A stretch of DNA of 64,000 bases, taken from the NCBI GenBank assembly GCA_945872855.1, contig CAMCAW010000004.1, positions 7,666 through 71,665 of the forward strand. Reading direction: 5' to 3'. The notes under the pieces are model-generated. The model ran no database searches. It was given only the letters and a program-made list of their open reading frames with translations, and was not told the DNA's origin. Below, piece by piece: positions 1 through 9,838 of the stretch (position 1 is the first letter of the stretch; the number at the start of each line of letters is the position of its first letter). A program made the translations under genes and the position numbers. This DNA comes from Rickettsia typhi. GTDB lineage: Bacteria > Pseudomonadota > Alphaproteobacteria > Rickettsiales > UBA1997.

Positions 1-282
1 CAAGCGCGGGTAAGCGTCATCGGCAAAAAGCAAAATCTCGGCGCCAAATTTTTTGACCTGCGCGATTTCATTTTCAACATCGCGCTCAGAGCAAATTGCC
101 ACGCGTTTGCGCCCGCCCGCTTGCGCAACAAGTTCGGGGGTTTTTTCTAGCGCCGCTTTTGCCGAGCCAAAAATTTCTATGAGGCGAAAAAAAGTTACAG
201 AACCAATGTTTTCGCTACGCGCGAGCCTTATCCAATTTATTCTTTCAGCTTCGTTGGTGATTTTTTTTACTTTGATTTGCAT
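1..282 (-). CDS. dprA: DNA-processing protein DprA/Smf, N-terminal part (gene runs off the window start)
   Basis: The minus-strand frame is open to the window edge, with ATG at 282-280. The translation MQIKVKKITNEAERINWIRLARSENIGSVTFFRLIEIFGSAKAALEKTPELV... looks like the DprA N-terminal helical region. It is absent from the ORF track because it is truncated by the window. Confidence 0.6.
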   Translation of the reverse strand, partial: MQIKVKKITNEAERINWIRLARSENIGSVTFFRLIEIFGSAKAALEKTPELVAQAGGRKRVAICSERDVENEIAQVKKFGAEILLFADDAYPRL

Positions 283-472
283 GGTTTTTTATTGTGGTTT
301 TTAGAAATTTACTTTTTGGGTTTTTTTAAAATACGTTGAATATCGAAATATTTATTTGATTAAAATGGAATATTGTGATTTTTTTTTCATCAAAAACTAA
401 AATTTTATTTACATTTTTAATTTGCAGCACTTTGATTTATCCTTACTCTCCATTGGCTTTGTGGTATTAAAA

Positions 473-1240
473 CTAATTCCGAATTTTATAACTTTTGCTC
501 AGCATCAAATAAAGCGCGCCCGCCAAAACAAAATTTATCGCAAGAATATAAATAATTCCCACCATCACATCGCCATCATTCTGCCCAGTCAGCGCATAGC
601 GAAAGCCGTCAATCATATAAAAAAACGGATTAAAATGCGCAACATTGCGCCAAAATTCTGGCAGCGCATTCGTAGAATAAAACGTGCCAGACAAGAAGGT
701 GAGGGGCGTGATGATATAACTCGTGATCGCCGACATGTGATCGAATGTTTCAGAAATGATGCCGCATAAAACACCGAGCATCGCTAGAAAGGCGCAGGCG
801 AAGAAGGCATAGAAAAACATTAATCCAAAACTAAAAACCGTGATTTTTACAAAAAATGAAATCGTGATAAACGCTACCAACCCAACAGCCAAGCCGCGTA
901 AAATGCCCCCAACCGTGAAAGCAAAAAGCAATTCGAAAGCACCGAGTGGCGGAATTAAATAATCGATAAAATGCCCCATCACCTTGCCCATCACCATTGA
1001 AGACGAGCTGTTGGCGAAGGAATTTTGCATCGCCGCCATCATGATTAATCCACCCGAAACGAAAATTGGAAATGGCACTTCGCCAACCGCAGTAACGTGG
1101 CTGCCCATCGACAAACAAAATACCGCAAAAAATAACATGATATTTACGACTGGCGAAAATAAAGTTTGATGATAAACTTTGAGAAAACGCCAGACTTCTT
1201 TCTTTAAGAGGGCGAAGGCGCCGAACCAGTTGATAGACAT
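473..1240 (-). CDS. ABC-2 type transporter permease (YadH-like)
   Basis: 255-aa polytopic membrane protein with about 6 hydrophobic segments. The N-terminus LLKKEVWRFLKVYHQTLFSPVV is typical of ABC-2 permeases. No partner ATPase is adjacent. Confidence 0.7.
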   Translation of the reverse strand: MSINWFGAFALLKKEVWRFLKVYHQTLFSPVVNIMLFFAVFCLSMGSHVTAVGEVPFPIFVSGGLIMMAAMQNSFANSSSSMVMGKVMGHFIDYLIPPLGAFELLFAFTVGGILRGLAVGLVAFITISFFVKITVFSFGLMFFYAFFACAFLAMLGVLCGIISETFDHMSAITSYIITPLTFLSGTFYSTNALPEFWRNVAHFNPFFYMIDGFRYALTGQNDGDVMVGIIYILAINFVLAGALYLMLSKSYKIRN

Positions 1241-1364
1241 TTAATTTTCCAATTTTTAATTATAAAATTTGCCGAAAAAGCAGATTTCTACATATTTTGC
1301 ATATAAATTATCTGCAAAAAACTACATTTTATTTGTTAACAACGCTAAATATTTTTTAAGCAAG

Positions 1365-2438
1365 ATGAATAATTTCGATAACATTCTCAACAATTTTAAC
1401 GCGCAATTCTTAGAGCTCAATAGCGAGCAGCAACTTGATGAAATTCGTGTAAAATTTTTAGGCAAAAAAGGTTTGGTAACTGAGCTTTTTTCGCAGCTAA
1501 AAAATGTTTCTGCGGAAGAAAAAAAATCCTTTGGAGCCTCGATCAACAAGCTTCGCGATGAAGTTACAAAAAAAATCGACGCAAAAAAAGAATTATTTGC
1601 CGATGCTGAATTAAACAAAAAATTATCGCAAGAAAAAGTTGATGTTACCGAACCAGTGCGCAAGCAAGCTGTTGGCTTTGCGCATCCAATTAGCAAAGTT
1701 GTGAAAGAAATTCGTGAAATTTTTTCTGGCCTTGGTTTTGAATTTGCAGAAGGCCCTGAAATTGAAGATGATTTTCATAATTTCACCGCGCTAAATATGC
1801 CGCAAAACCACCCTGCGCGCCAGATGCAAGATACTTTTTATTTGAACGCGACGAAAAATTCTGAAAACGAAACACTGCTTCGCACCCACACTTCAACCGT
1901 GCAAATCCGCAAGATGCTTAGCGCCAAACCACCTTTGCGCACCGTTGCTTTAGGCCGCGTTTTCCGTCGCGACTCCGATCAAACTCACACGCCAATGTTC
2001 CACCAAATTGAAGGCTTCGTTGTCGATGAAACCACAAATATGGCACATTTGAAGTGGGTTCTTGAAGAATTTTTGCGCCAGTTTTTCGAAGTGAAAAATG
2101 TTGAATTGCGCTTTCGACCAAGCTTCTTCCCTTTTACCGAGCCATCTGCCGAGGTTGACATTGGCTATAAAATTGAACAAGGTCGCATCAAAATTGGCTC
2201 TGCAAGCGTTGCTGATCAAGTCTCGGCCAAGTTTATGGAAATTCTTGGCTGCGGCATGATTCACCCAAACGTGCTGCGCAACTGCGAAATAGACCCAGAA
2301 AAATTCCAAGGATTCGCCTTTGGCATAGGAATAGAGCGCCTCGCCATGCTCAAATATGGCATCACAGATTTGCGTATGTTCTTTGAGAATGACGTGCGCT
2401 TCTTACAACATTATGGGTTTAAAGGATTTGAGTTTTAG
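1365..2438 (+). CDS. pheS: Phenylalanine--tRNA ligase alpha subunit
   Basis: Class II aaRS motifs are present (HPARQMQDTFY, FRRDSDQTHTPMFHQIEG, GFAFGIGIERLAML). I chose the internal ATG at 1365 (MNNFDNILN...) over the TTG at 1269. Confidence 0.95.
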   Translation: MNNFDNILNNFNAQFLELNSEQQLDEIRVKFLGKKGLVTELFSQLKNVSAEEKKSFGASINKLRDEVTKKIDAKKELFADAELNKKLSQEKVDVTEPVRKQAVGFAHPISKVVKEIREIFSGLGFEFAEGPEIEDDFHNFTALNMPQNHPARQMQDTFYLNATKNSENETLLRTHTSTVQIRKMLSAKPPLRTVALGRVFRRDSDQTHTPMFHQIEGFVVDETTNMAHLKWVLEEFLRQFFEVKNVELRFRPSFFPFTEPSAEVDIGYKIEQGRIKIGSASVADQVSAKFMEILGCGMIHPNVLRNCEIDPEKFQGFAFGIGIERLAMLKYGITDLRMFFENDVRFLQHYGFKGFEF

Positions 2439-2447
2439 CAAATCCTC

Positions 2448-3734
2448 CTACTTTGCAAGCTGCGAAGGTTGCTGAAGCTGCGTAACACTTACGTTCATAA
2501 CCCTTCTGAATTCCACCTTGCTATTCGGCTTGGCGTTAACATCAAAACTATTAGCCTCCGTCTCAGAATTACGGCCCCAAGCGGCTTCAAGATTATTCAT
2601 CATGGCATATTCCCCCGTTTTTACCGCAACCTTCGTAACCTTTTCTTCTTGCAATAAAAGCGCCACAACATGATCAATTTTCTCTAAAATTAGATTATAT
2701 TTATTATAAGCCTCATATCCTAAATCCTTCGAAATAAACGCAGAATCCTCCAATCTCAAGCACCATTTTCCTGCCACCTTCTCTAAAATCGCAAATTCGT
2801 TGGCCTTATTTTCATCGCCATAAAGCCTCTCTGGATGATAAAACTTTTTCTGCATCAAAAGTTTTATTTCATCTTCATCGAGAAAATGCACAATTTGCGC
2901 AGCATCAACCATATAAGTAACTACAGAGCCATCAGCATTAATACCGATCAAAGCAGTTGCACTCACACGATTTTTATCAATATTAGGACGACTATGAATT
3001 GTTTGAGAATTAGTTGTGCGAAAGCAAGAAATTGCAGTTGGATAATTTGATTTAGAAATTAAATTGCACATAGCATAGGTAAGAGAAATGCTTGGAGCCT
3101 GCTGCAGCGCATTCGCATAAGGATTATCCCCCGGGGCAAATTCAGCGAAAGAAGTCTTTTGATCCTCAACCCTAACCTTAAACCTCATCACTTCTCGCAA
3201 TGCCGATTCGCCAAGCCCAGTAATGGTAAACGGCGGAATGCCGTCCGATATATAAGACTGCGTAACATTGCCCAGAGCAGCATCTTTGATTAACTGCGCC
3301 ATCGCAATAGCATTTTGGTCACCCTCCCTTGATAAACTCGCCAATTCTTTACGCAACGATTCTGCATTTTTTACTATTTCAGACTGATCAAATAAAGATG
3401 GCAAACCGCCCTTTAAAATTGCTATTGAAGTATTCTCAATAAATAATTTTTTAACCGATGGTGCAATTTCTGCAATATATCTAAATTTCGATATAGGCAT
3501 TGTTTCGACCCGCGATAGCGCCTCTCCCTGCACCTCCGCCTTCAATTGCGCCAGACCTTCTTTCGTCTGACCCAATAACCAAGGAGTGTGAGCAGCCCCT
3601 CTAACCGAACCCCTAGGTGAAAAAGGCGGCGCAGCTTGCCAAGAATGCACCGCACTCATAGGGCTTTTACCAGAACCAAAAAGCATTGTTGTAGCTTGGC
3701 GCAAAGCAGGATTTTGCAAGAACTGTCTCGACAT
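2448..3734 (-). CDS. Hypothetical protein, orphan paralog A (428 aa from MSRQFLQNP...)
   Basis: Long uninterrupted ORF with no family I recognise. It shares collinear motifs and its length with the ORF at 4504-5793. Start is set at the ATG at 3734 (MSR...), matching the paralog. Confidence 0.6.
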   Translation of the reverse strand: MSRQFLQNPALRQATTMLFGSGKSPMSAVHSWQAAPPFSPRGSVRGAAHTPWLLGQTKEGLAQLKAEVQGEALSRVETMPISKFRYIAEIAPSVKKLFIENTSIAILKGGLPSLFDQSEIVKNAESLRKELASLSREGDQNAIAMAQLIKDAALGNVTQSYISDGIPPFTITGLGESALREVMRFKVRVEDQKTSFAEFAPGDNPYANALQQAPSISLTYAMCNLISKSNYPTAISCFRTTNSQTIHSRPNIDKNRVSATALIGINADGSVVTYMVDAAQIVHFLDEDEIKLLMQKKFYHPERLYGDENKANEFAILEKVAGKWCLRLEDSAFISKDLGYEAYNKYNLILEKIDHVVALLLQEEKVTKVAVKTGEYAMMNNLEAAWGRNSETEANSFDVNAKPNSKVEFRRVMNVSVTQLQQPSQLAK

Positions 3735-3932
3735 ATTTTGAATTTTAAATTTAATAAACCGCTCGCGAGGCAAGCGCAGCAAAAGTCTGTGGGAAAGGCG
3801 AAACTAAAGATGACCCTCTATTTGTCAATCCATTAAAGTTATTTTTAAACTCATCATAAAAACCATCTTGCATTTTAAACACACCAACCTAAAATCCCGC
3901 CCCTATTTTTAATTTAGATGTAACTCACTTAT

Positions 3933-4067
3933 ATGAAAAGAACTTGGCAGCCAAGCAAATTGGTAAGAAAAAGAAGACATGGCTTCAGACACAGAATGGC
4001 AACAGTTGGCGGTAGAAAAATTCTTGCTCGTCGTCGTGCTAGAGGTCGCGCGGTTTTATCAGCTTAG
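3933..4067 (+). CDS. rpmH: 50S ribosomal protein L34
   Basis: 44-aa ORF below the ORF-track cutoff. [44 protein letters not shown] is a canonical L34 sequence, and it sits directly upstream of rnpA. Confidence 0.95.
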   Translation: MKRTWQPSKLVRKRRHGFRHRMATVGGRKILARRRARGRAVLSA

Positions 4068-4135
4068 CTGCTTAAAACCCGCTTTAAAACCTTGGCGCAC
4101 TAACACTTGTTTTTCAAGCGCTTTTCTTCAAGAAA

Positions 4136-4507
4136 GTGAAAATCCTCAGAATAAAAAAATCCACTGAATTTCAAACTATCGGCAAGAAAGGTAAAAAGTT
4201 CCACGCCAAAACCCTTCTCCTAATCAGCTCTCCAACCTCAGAATTTTACCTACAAGATAAACTTAAAGGCAAAAATGCTGCCAATTTTGCACGCGTTGGC
4301 TTCACCGTAAGCAAAACCGTTGGCAATGCAGTTATAAGAAATCGCGCCAAAAGAAGATTGCGCGAGGCTGTGCAGGCCCTAATTCCGGAGCATGGTAAAA
4401 ACCATCAAGACTATGTGATAATCGCCCGCCGCGAGATTAAAACCGCAGATTATAAAAACATTTTGGCTGATTTGCGCTTTTGCTTGCGCGGAATTTTGAA
4501 GATTTAA
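4136..4507 (+). CDS. rnpA: Ribonuclease P protein component
   Basis: Small basic 123-aa protein immediately after rpmH. The motif GFTVSKTVGNAVIRNRAKRRLRE matches the RnpA RNR motif. GTG start. Confidence 0.85.
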   Translation: MKILRIKKSTEFQTIGKKGKKFHAKTLLLISSPTSEFYLQDKLKGKNAANFARVGFTVSKTVGNAVIRNRAKRRLREAVQALIPEHGKNHQDYVIIARREIKTADYKNILADLRFCLRGILKI

Positions 4508-5793
4508 CGCAGCTTATTCGCATCACTCAAACTGTTGCCCACGCCAGAAACTTCTATTGCAGACACGCTATTCATTGGCACTGATTTATCATCTTGAAAT
4601 TGCAGCTTCTGATTCGAGAACCCTATCCTAATAATTTCGCGAGGCTGCGCGCCATTAGGCAAAACAAGATCTGCAGAAGAATCGACTTTCTTTCTGAACA
4701 ATTTAGTTGGATCGCTACTATAGCTTGGCGTTCCGCCCTCTCCAAGCGCAGGCATTGCCTCGGTGCGAAAATGCATAACGTTTCCCAATTCTTCATCGTA
4801 ATTTCTCATGATGGTTTTTGTGTTATCATTTAAAACCACAATTGGCACCATGTTATTGTGAAGCAACAAAGCCGACACTTTGGTGATTCTTTCAAATAAT
4901 TCTTGCACATTAAAATTATCGGGGTTTTTGACCGCCTCAATCCTCTTCTCAAGTGAACCATCGTAATTTAGCGCCTTTTTCGCAATAATCGCAAATGGCT
5001 CAGATAATGCATCTACCCCTCTTTCAATATCTCTAGAAGTTGTTACAAAATTTACTCCTCTTAAAAATTCAATCTCTTGATCGGAAAAATATTTTAAAAT
5101 TTCAGAAGCTGGAATCGCTCCCGTAGCAACATTTGGATATGGATTATCTGCGATTCCTGCAAAAAATATAATATTTATTCTGACATCGTCGCCATCTTTT
5201 GAAGTAGCGGGACTAGGGTTAAAATCTACGTGAGGAAGCTGTGAATTCAAACTTGATATGCGATCAAATTGCGTAATGTTCTGTCTCGTTAAAGCAGTCG
5301 CAAATAAAAGATCTGGAAGGCTCCGATTAATGGCCTCTAGCACTTTTTCATCACTACTTTCTTCACCTTCTTTTTCTATATGCTGAACACTTGCACCAAC
5401 CATTCCTACATCTGCAACGGTTGGCGAAAATTTTCCTTCGAATATTATTGATTGATACTCGCCATTTTCAAAATTTTGCAAAGATTCTGCGAGGTCATCA
5501 TGTTGCTCAATTTCTTCTCTAACTTTTGCCACAGCAGAAATAAATTCTGGCGAAGGTATGATGATTTTTCTCGCTATCAAACTGTTAGAAATATCTGATA
5601 TTTTGGCACAAAATTTTGGCGGCAAATCAACAAATTGAACTTGGTTATTATATTTTTGAAGAGTGATAGCCTGTGAAGACGCCCTTCTTAGGCACATTGA
5701 GCCCGCGATAGAAGTGGCAACGGAGCCTCCTCTTTCCATTGCAAATGGCATAGAAGCAATTCTTCTGGCAGCAGAAAAAAGAGGGCGACTCAT
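4504..5793 (-). CDS. Hypothetical protein, orphan paralog B (429 aa)
   Basis: Long ORF with no TM segment or signal peptide, starting MSR... It begins 8 nt downstream of the pntAB stop. It has collinear motif matches to the 2448-3734 product (DNPY.N, F.D.EIE/K.L, FAI., V.ALLL). Confidence 0.6.
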   Translation of the reverse strand: MSRPLFSAARRIASMPFAMERGGSVATSIAGSMCLRRASSQAITLQKYNNQVQFVDLPPKFCAKISDISNSLIARKIIIPSPEFISAVAKVREEIEQHDDLAESLQNFENGEYQSIIFEGKFSPTVADVGMVGASVQHIEKEGEESSDEKVLEAINRSLPDLLFATALTRQNITQFDRISSLNSQLPHVDFNPSPATSKDGDDVRINIIFFAGIADNPYPNVATGAIPASEILKYFSDQEIEFLRGVNFVTTSRDIERGVDALSEPFAIIAKKALNYDGSLEKRIEAVKNPDNFNVQELFERITKVSALLLHNNMVPIVVLNDNTKTIMRNYDEELGNVMHFRTEAMPALGEGGTPSYSSDPTKLFRKKVDSSADLVLPNGAQPREIIRIGFSNQKLQFQDDKSVPMNSVSAIEVSGVGNSLSDANKLR

Positions 5794-5801
5794 GGTTTAA
5801 A

Positions 5802-6191
5802 TTATTTTTTGAACATTTCTAGCATTCTCCAAGTAACGAAGAAGCCACCAAAAATATTGATGCTGGCAATAGTAATTGCCAAAAAACTCACCACCGAAAT
5901 TAGCGAGAAAGCCTTGGTTGAGCCCAAAGCAATAATTGCCCCAACTATAATCACGCCAGAAATTGCGTTAGTAACCGCCATTAATGGCGTATGTAGGGCT
6001 GGCGTAACGCGCCACACCACAAAATATCCCACAAAGCAAGTGAGAATAAAAACCGTGATACCAAAAACAAAAGGATCAACACCACCACCAAAGGCAGATG
6101 TAGCGCTAATTTCAGCCACTTTATTGACCAGCGCTTCAGTGTCGCGGTTGAGTTGATCGGAAAGTTCGATAATTTCTTGAATTTTGCTCAT
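5802..6191 (-). CDS. pntAB: NAD(P) transhydrogenase subunit alpha part 2 (membrane part of split PntA)
   Basis: 129 aa with a short soluble N-terminus followed by 3-4 TM helices. The motifs [27 protein letters not shown] and [16 protein letters not shown] are characteristic of PntA domain II. Confidence 0.8.
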   Translation of the reverse strand: MSKIQEIIELSDQLNRDTEALVNKVAEISATSAFGGGVDPFVFGITVFILTCFVGYFVVWRVTPALHTPLMAVTNAISGVIIVGAIIALGSTKAFSLISVVSFLAITIASINIFGGFFVTWRMLEMFKK

Positions 6192-6317
6192 AAATTTAAA
6201 TTAAATTAACTGTATGTGAGAAGGTTTGCCGATATTTTATTTTCTGTCAAATGGTTTTATATAATTACGATTCTATCGAAGAGAATTTCATCACTAAATT
6301 TTCTTCTCGATAGAACA

Positions 6318-6346
6318 TTGACTTGAAAATTCAAAGCCTTTAGAAT
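6318..6346 (+). promoter_or_regulatory. Candidate sigma70-type promoter for tRNA-Gln (TTGACT-17 nt-TAGAAT)
   Basis: TTGACT at 6318-6323, a 17-nt spacer, and TAGAAT at 6341-6346, about 30 nt upstream of the tRNA 5' end. Confidence 0.35.
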
Positions 6347-6375
6347 CGCCCGCCTTCCTTTTAATTCCTTCATAT

Positions 6376-6450
6376 TGGGACGTAGCCAAGTGGTAAGGCA
6401 GCGGGTTTTGATCCCGCCATGCGTAGGTTCGAATCCTTCCGTCCCAACCA
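6376..6450 (+). tRNA. tRNA-Gln (anticodon UUG), CCA encoded
   Basis: Hand-folded cloverleaf. The acceptor stem TGGGACG/CGTCCCA is perfect. Anticodon stem is GCGGG/CCCGC with loop TTTTGAT. T-loop is TTCGAAT. There is one U-U mismatch in the T-stem. Confidence 0.85.
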
Positions 6451-6689
6451 AAATCAAAGAGTTAGCTAAATCATATTTTTTATCGGTACCGCTAGTGTTA
6501 AAATTTATATCCCTCAAATTATCTTAAAATTCTTGCTGCTGCCAGTTGATTGTCTTGCGCATTTTTATAAAACAATTTAAGTGATTCATCTTGAAAAGAT
6601 GAGGCATATTTTAACAACTAATTTTACTTCTAAATTTACGCCACTATTAATATAACTAAGATTCGGTTGTCCTAAATATAACAGCATCA

Positions 6690-9600
6690 ATGGTATTTGT
6701 AGAAAAAATCAAAACCAAAATCGCGCCTCACATTGCTGCCATCAAGGCAAGATTGGCGCACTCTGAGGTTTATACGATAGTTTTGCCAGTTTTTTTTACC
6801 TGCCTGTTTTTACTTACTTTTGTTCCATTTTTATTCAATAATTCTGCGCTGCAATTTCAAATTGAACAAAGAATTAGCGCCGCGCTCAAAACAAATTTTG
6901 AGATTGATGGCAAAGTTGAAGTGGTCTTCCTTCCTACTCCCTCAATAACTATCAACGATGTAATTCTTCAAAATTATAATCACGAAGGCAAAAATTATAA
7001 TTTTTATGCCAAAGAAGTTACGGTGAAATTATCGTTTTTATCATCGCTGATGGGAGAATTTGCGATAAACAAAATTATTTTTTCTAACGCGCTTTTGCAA
7101 AGCTATAGCAGCGACAACAAGCCCACAGAAATGCCCGATAAAATGACTGAAATCATTGCGAAAAAAGCCGCAACATCGGTGCCAAAAAAAGAAGTTAAGG
7201 GCGGAATTAGCGGCAAAATATTTGTCGATTTATTCAAAATTGATAATTTAAATTTAGATAATTTCAACAGCGCTAATTTGCCAAAAATATCCATCGAGAG
7301 ATCAACGTGGATATCTTACGATAAATTTTCCAACAAAAAAGAAGTTGTGGCCATCAATGCTGACGCTCAATTCTCAAAAAAGAAAATCGCTGCTGAAGGC
7401 TCGTTCTCTAATCAAGACATCGTTAATAATTTTAGCTTAATTGCAAAATTTGAACAAAAATCTGATGACGATTCTGATGCAAATAATTCGGTTTTAGAAC
7501 TCTCTTCTATTTATGGAAATTTTAAAATTAGCGGCGTTTTTCCTAGTGAAAATATAGGATTTTTAAAGAGTAAATTTAAGGGCAAAATTGAAGCAGAAAT
7601 TTTTGATTTGAAGAATTTTTACAAAAGCTATGTAACGCCAGATGGATTTATCTATAATAAAATTAACCCTGCAATCAAGCCAATCAAGCTTAAAGCTAGC
7701 ATCGTTAACAACGAAGAACAAATTGTCATAAGCAATATTTTTGTTAACTCTAACATTATCAATGGTCGCGGCGATATTGCGGTCGATTTATCCACAAAAT
7801 TACCGCTGATCGATGTCAAGCTTAGCCTTGAAAACGTTGATCTCGATGCCATTTGGTTGAGCGACAAAGAAATTGCAATCGCTGCCGATGAGGCAAAACA
7901 AAATGCCGAAACTGCTGAAGATAAATCTGCGACAGAAACCGCTGGCGAAAGCAATGGCCACAATGACGCGGCGCTTAAACTAGATACAGTCAAGAAAGAC
8001 CTCACCCTTAATCTTGCCAAAGATATTCGCGATTTTGACCTAACCGCCGAACTCACGGTTAGCCGCGTAAAATATCTCGATGAAGAAATAAAAAATGTCA
8101 ATCTTTACGCCACAATCTCTAAACAAGGCGAGATTTTAATTTTGCCTTTAACACTAGAAGTTCCGGGTGGCGGGCTGTTTCGCATGAGCGGCGTTCTCGA
8201 AAATTATACCACACCAAAATTCATCGGAAGCCTTGATGCGAGCGGCCCCAAGCTATCCGATATTTTTAAATGGTTTCACATCGAATCGCAAAATTTAATC
8301 TATGACAATCTCAAGGCTTATAATCTTTACTCTGACATTATGTTGATTCCTAGCTCAACAATTCTCAATAACGTCTATCTCAATATTAATGGCGGACAGA
8401 GTGAATTGCTGGGCGAAATGCAGATCCGCTACACCTCAAAAAGCTCTGAAATTTCAAGCAATTTTCGTGTTAATAGTTTAACGGTTGATGATTATTTTTT
8501 AACTTCTGGGCAAAATATTTATTTATCTCCCGGATCACTGCTGAAGAAGCTTCTCTGGCTTAACAATCTCACCTCGAGCAACGATCTTTCTCTATCATTT
8601 GATAAACTGGTTTATAAAAATTCAACCTTCAATAATCAATCGATAAAAATGCGTTTTGGGCAAGGTTATTTTGAAGTTAGCGAATTAAAATTAAACTCTG
8701 ACCAAATTGATTTAGCAGCCTCTATATCCGTTGATATTAGTGGCTCTGACCCTAAATTTAACATGGCGGTTGCATCAAAAAATTTCGGCTATAAATCTCT
8801 AGAAAATACTATCTCAAATAGCGAAGACAAAACCGCTCCCGCGCAAAATAAAAAAATTACCGCACTCGATCAATTCTACGCCCTGCCTTCTCTAGAAGGG
8901 TTTATTGGCGATGTTTCTTTCAATGTAGAAAAGGCAACTTTTGATGAGTTTGTCGCCGATAACATAAAAATTGCTGGCAACTTAAAAGATGGAATTATGA
9001 GTTTCACTAATTTTTCTGCCGATATTTATAACGGAAATTTAGCTTATAATGGCGTGCTTGGAATGAAATTTGACAAGGCTTGGAGCGGCAACGTTACTCT
9101 AACCAACGCCTCGCTAAAACCATTATTATCAGATTTAGTGGGCATAAAAAATATCGATGGAACGGCCAATATTTCTGCTAGCGTCGGAAATTCTTCTAGC
9201 AATAAAGAGGAATTTTTCAAAAACTTAACCAGCTCAATAAAGTTTAGCATAGCAGGCGTAACCGTTGAGGGCTATGGCCTGAACGACCTCGTTAAAAAAA
9301 TGTTCAACGTAAAAAATTATGCAGAAGATTTGCGTGATCCAGAAAAAATTCTTTTCGCTCCAAACGCTATAACAACTTTTAAACAAGCAGTGGGCACGGT
9401 TACAATCGATAGAGGTCGCGATAATATATTTCAGACAGATGTTGAAACTGTAGCCGCAAATGGCATTGTCTCGGGCAAAATTGATTTGGTCAGAAGCTCG
9501 ATCGACGCGGCGGCAAATATTGTTTTTTTAACCGGAACCGCCAAAAAACAAATCCCGCTAAATATTGCAACCAATCTTAAAGGCGGGTTTAGCAATATTA

Positions 9601-9821
9601 ATCACAGCACCAATCTTAATCAGGTGAATCAATATTTAGGATTGCCGACTGCAATTCCTGAAGCCGAGCCCGCCAAAACCAATTCTTCCGTTTCAGCGCC
9701 GCCGCAAAGACAGCAATCCGTTTTGCTTCCAAGCGCTACATCGGAAGCGCCTATAGATGCAAAGCCTCAGGGCACACCGCCGCCAAATAATTCTGCGCCA
9801 GCACCAACCAATCAACAATAA
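6690..9821 (+). CDS. AsmA-family outer-membrane biogenesis protein (large, N-terminal anchor, Pro/Gln-rich C-terminal tail)
   Basis: 1043 aa with a single N-terminal TM segment (VYTIVLPVFFTCLFLLTFVPFLF) followed by a long beta-rich periplasmic region. The N-terminal motif GKVEVVFLPTPSITINDVILQN and the C-terminal region resemble AsmA/AsmA_2. This is a family-level call only. Confidence 0.55.
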   Translation: MVFVEKIKTKIAPHIAAIKARLAHSEVYTIVLPVFFTCLFLLTFVPFLFNNSALQFQIEQRISAALKTNFEIDGKVEVVFLPTPSITINDVILQNYNHEGKNYNFYAKEVTVKLSFLSSLMGEFAINKIIFSNALLQSYSSDNKPTEMPDKMTEIIAKKAATSVPKKEVKGGISGKIFVDLFKIDNLNLDNFNSANLPKISIERSTWISYDKFSNKKEVVAINADAQFSKKKIAAEGSFSNQDIVNNFSLIAKFEQKSDDDSDANNSVLELSSIYGNFKISGVFPSENIGFLKSKFKGKIEAEIFDLKNFYKSYVTPDGFIYNKINPAIKPIKLKASIVNNEEQIVISNIFVNSNIINGRGDIAVDLSTKLPLIDVKLSLENVDLDAIWLSDKEIAIAADEAKQNAETAEDKSATETAGESNGHNDAALKLDTVKKDLTLNLAKDIRDFDLTAELTVSRVKYLDEEIKNVNLYATISKQGEILILPLTLEVPGGGLFRMSGVLENYTTPKFIGSLDASGPKLSDIFKWFHIESQNLIYDNLKAYNLYSDIMLIPSSTILNNVYLNINGGQSELLGEMQIRYTSKSSEISSNFRVNSLTVDDYFLTSGQNIYLSPGSLLKKLLWLNNLTSSNDLSLSFDKLVYKNSTFNNQSIKMRFGQGYFEVSELKLNSDQIDLAASISVDISGSDPKFNMAVASKNFGYKSLENTISNSEDKTAPAQNKKITALDQFYALPSLEGFIGDVSFNVEKATFDEFVADNIKIAGNLKDGIMSFTNFSADIYNGNLAYNGVLGMKFDKAWSGNVTLTNASLKPLLSDLVGIKNIDGTANISASVGNSSSNKEEFFKNLTSSIKFSIAGVTVEGYGLNDLVKKMFNVKNYAEDLRDPEKILFAPNAITTFKQAVGTVTIDRGRDNIFQTDVETVAANGIVSGKIDLVRSSIDAAANIVFLTGTAKKQIPLNIATNLKGGFSNINHSTNLNQVNQYLGLPTAIPEAEPAKTNSSVSAPPQRQQSVLLPSATSEAPIDAKPQGTPPPNNSAPAPTNQQ

Positions 9822-9838
9822 CTTCTGTGCCTAAATCG

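Noticed and set aside
53-304. 83-aa plus-strand ORF at the window start
   Set aside because: It is antisense to the much better supported DprA N-terminal reading frame.
1269-1364. N-terminal extensions offered by the ORF track (pheS 1269, metK 25978, gltX 28150, dsbB-like 32626, nuoG 53326, rpsP 56524, ggt 60086, secreted orphan 59980, atpD 63180, orphan A 3782)
   Set aside because: In each case an internal ATG aligns with the conserved N-terminus of the family, or with a signal peptide or lipobox. The upstream residues are non-homologous and often overlap the neighbouring gene or spacer.
6257-6517. 86-aa minus-strand ORF
   Set aside because: It overlaps tRNA-Gln on the opposite strand and has no coding signal.
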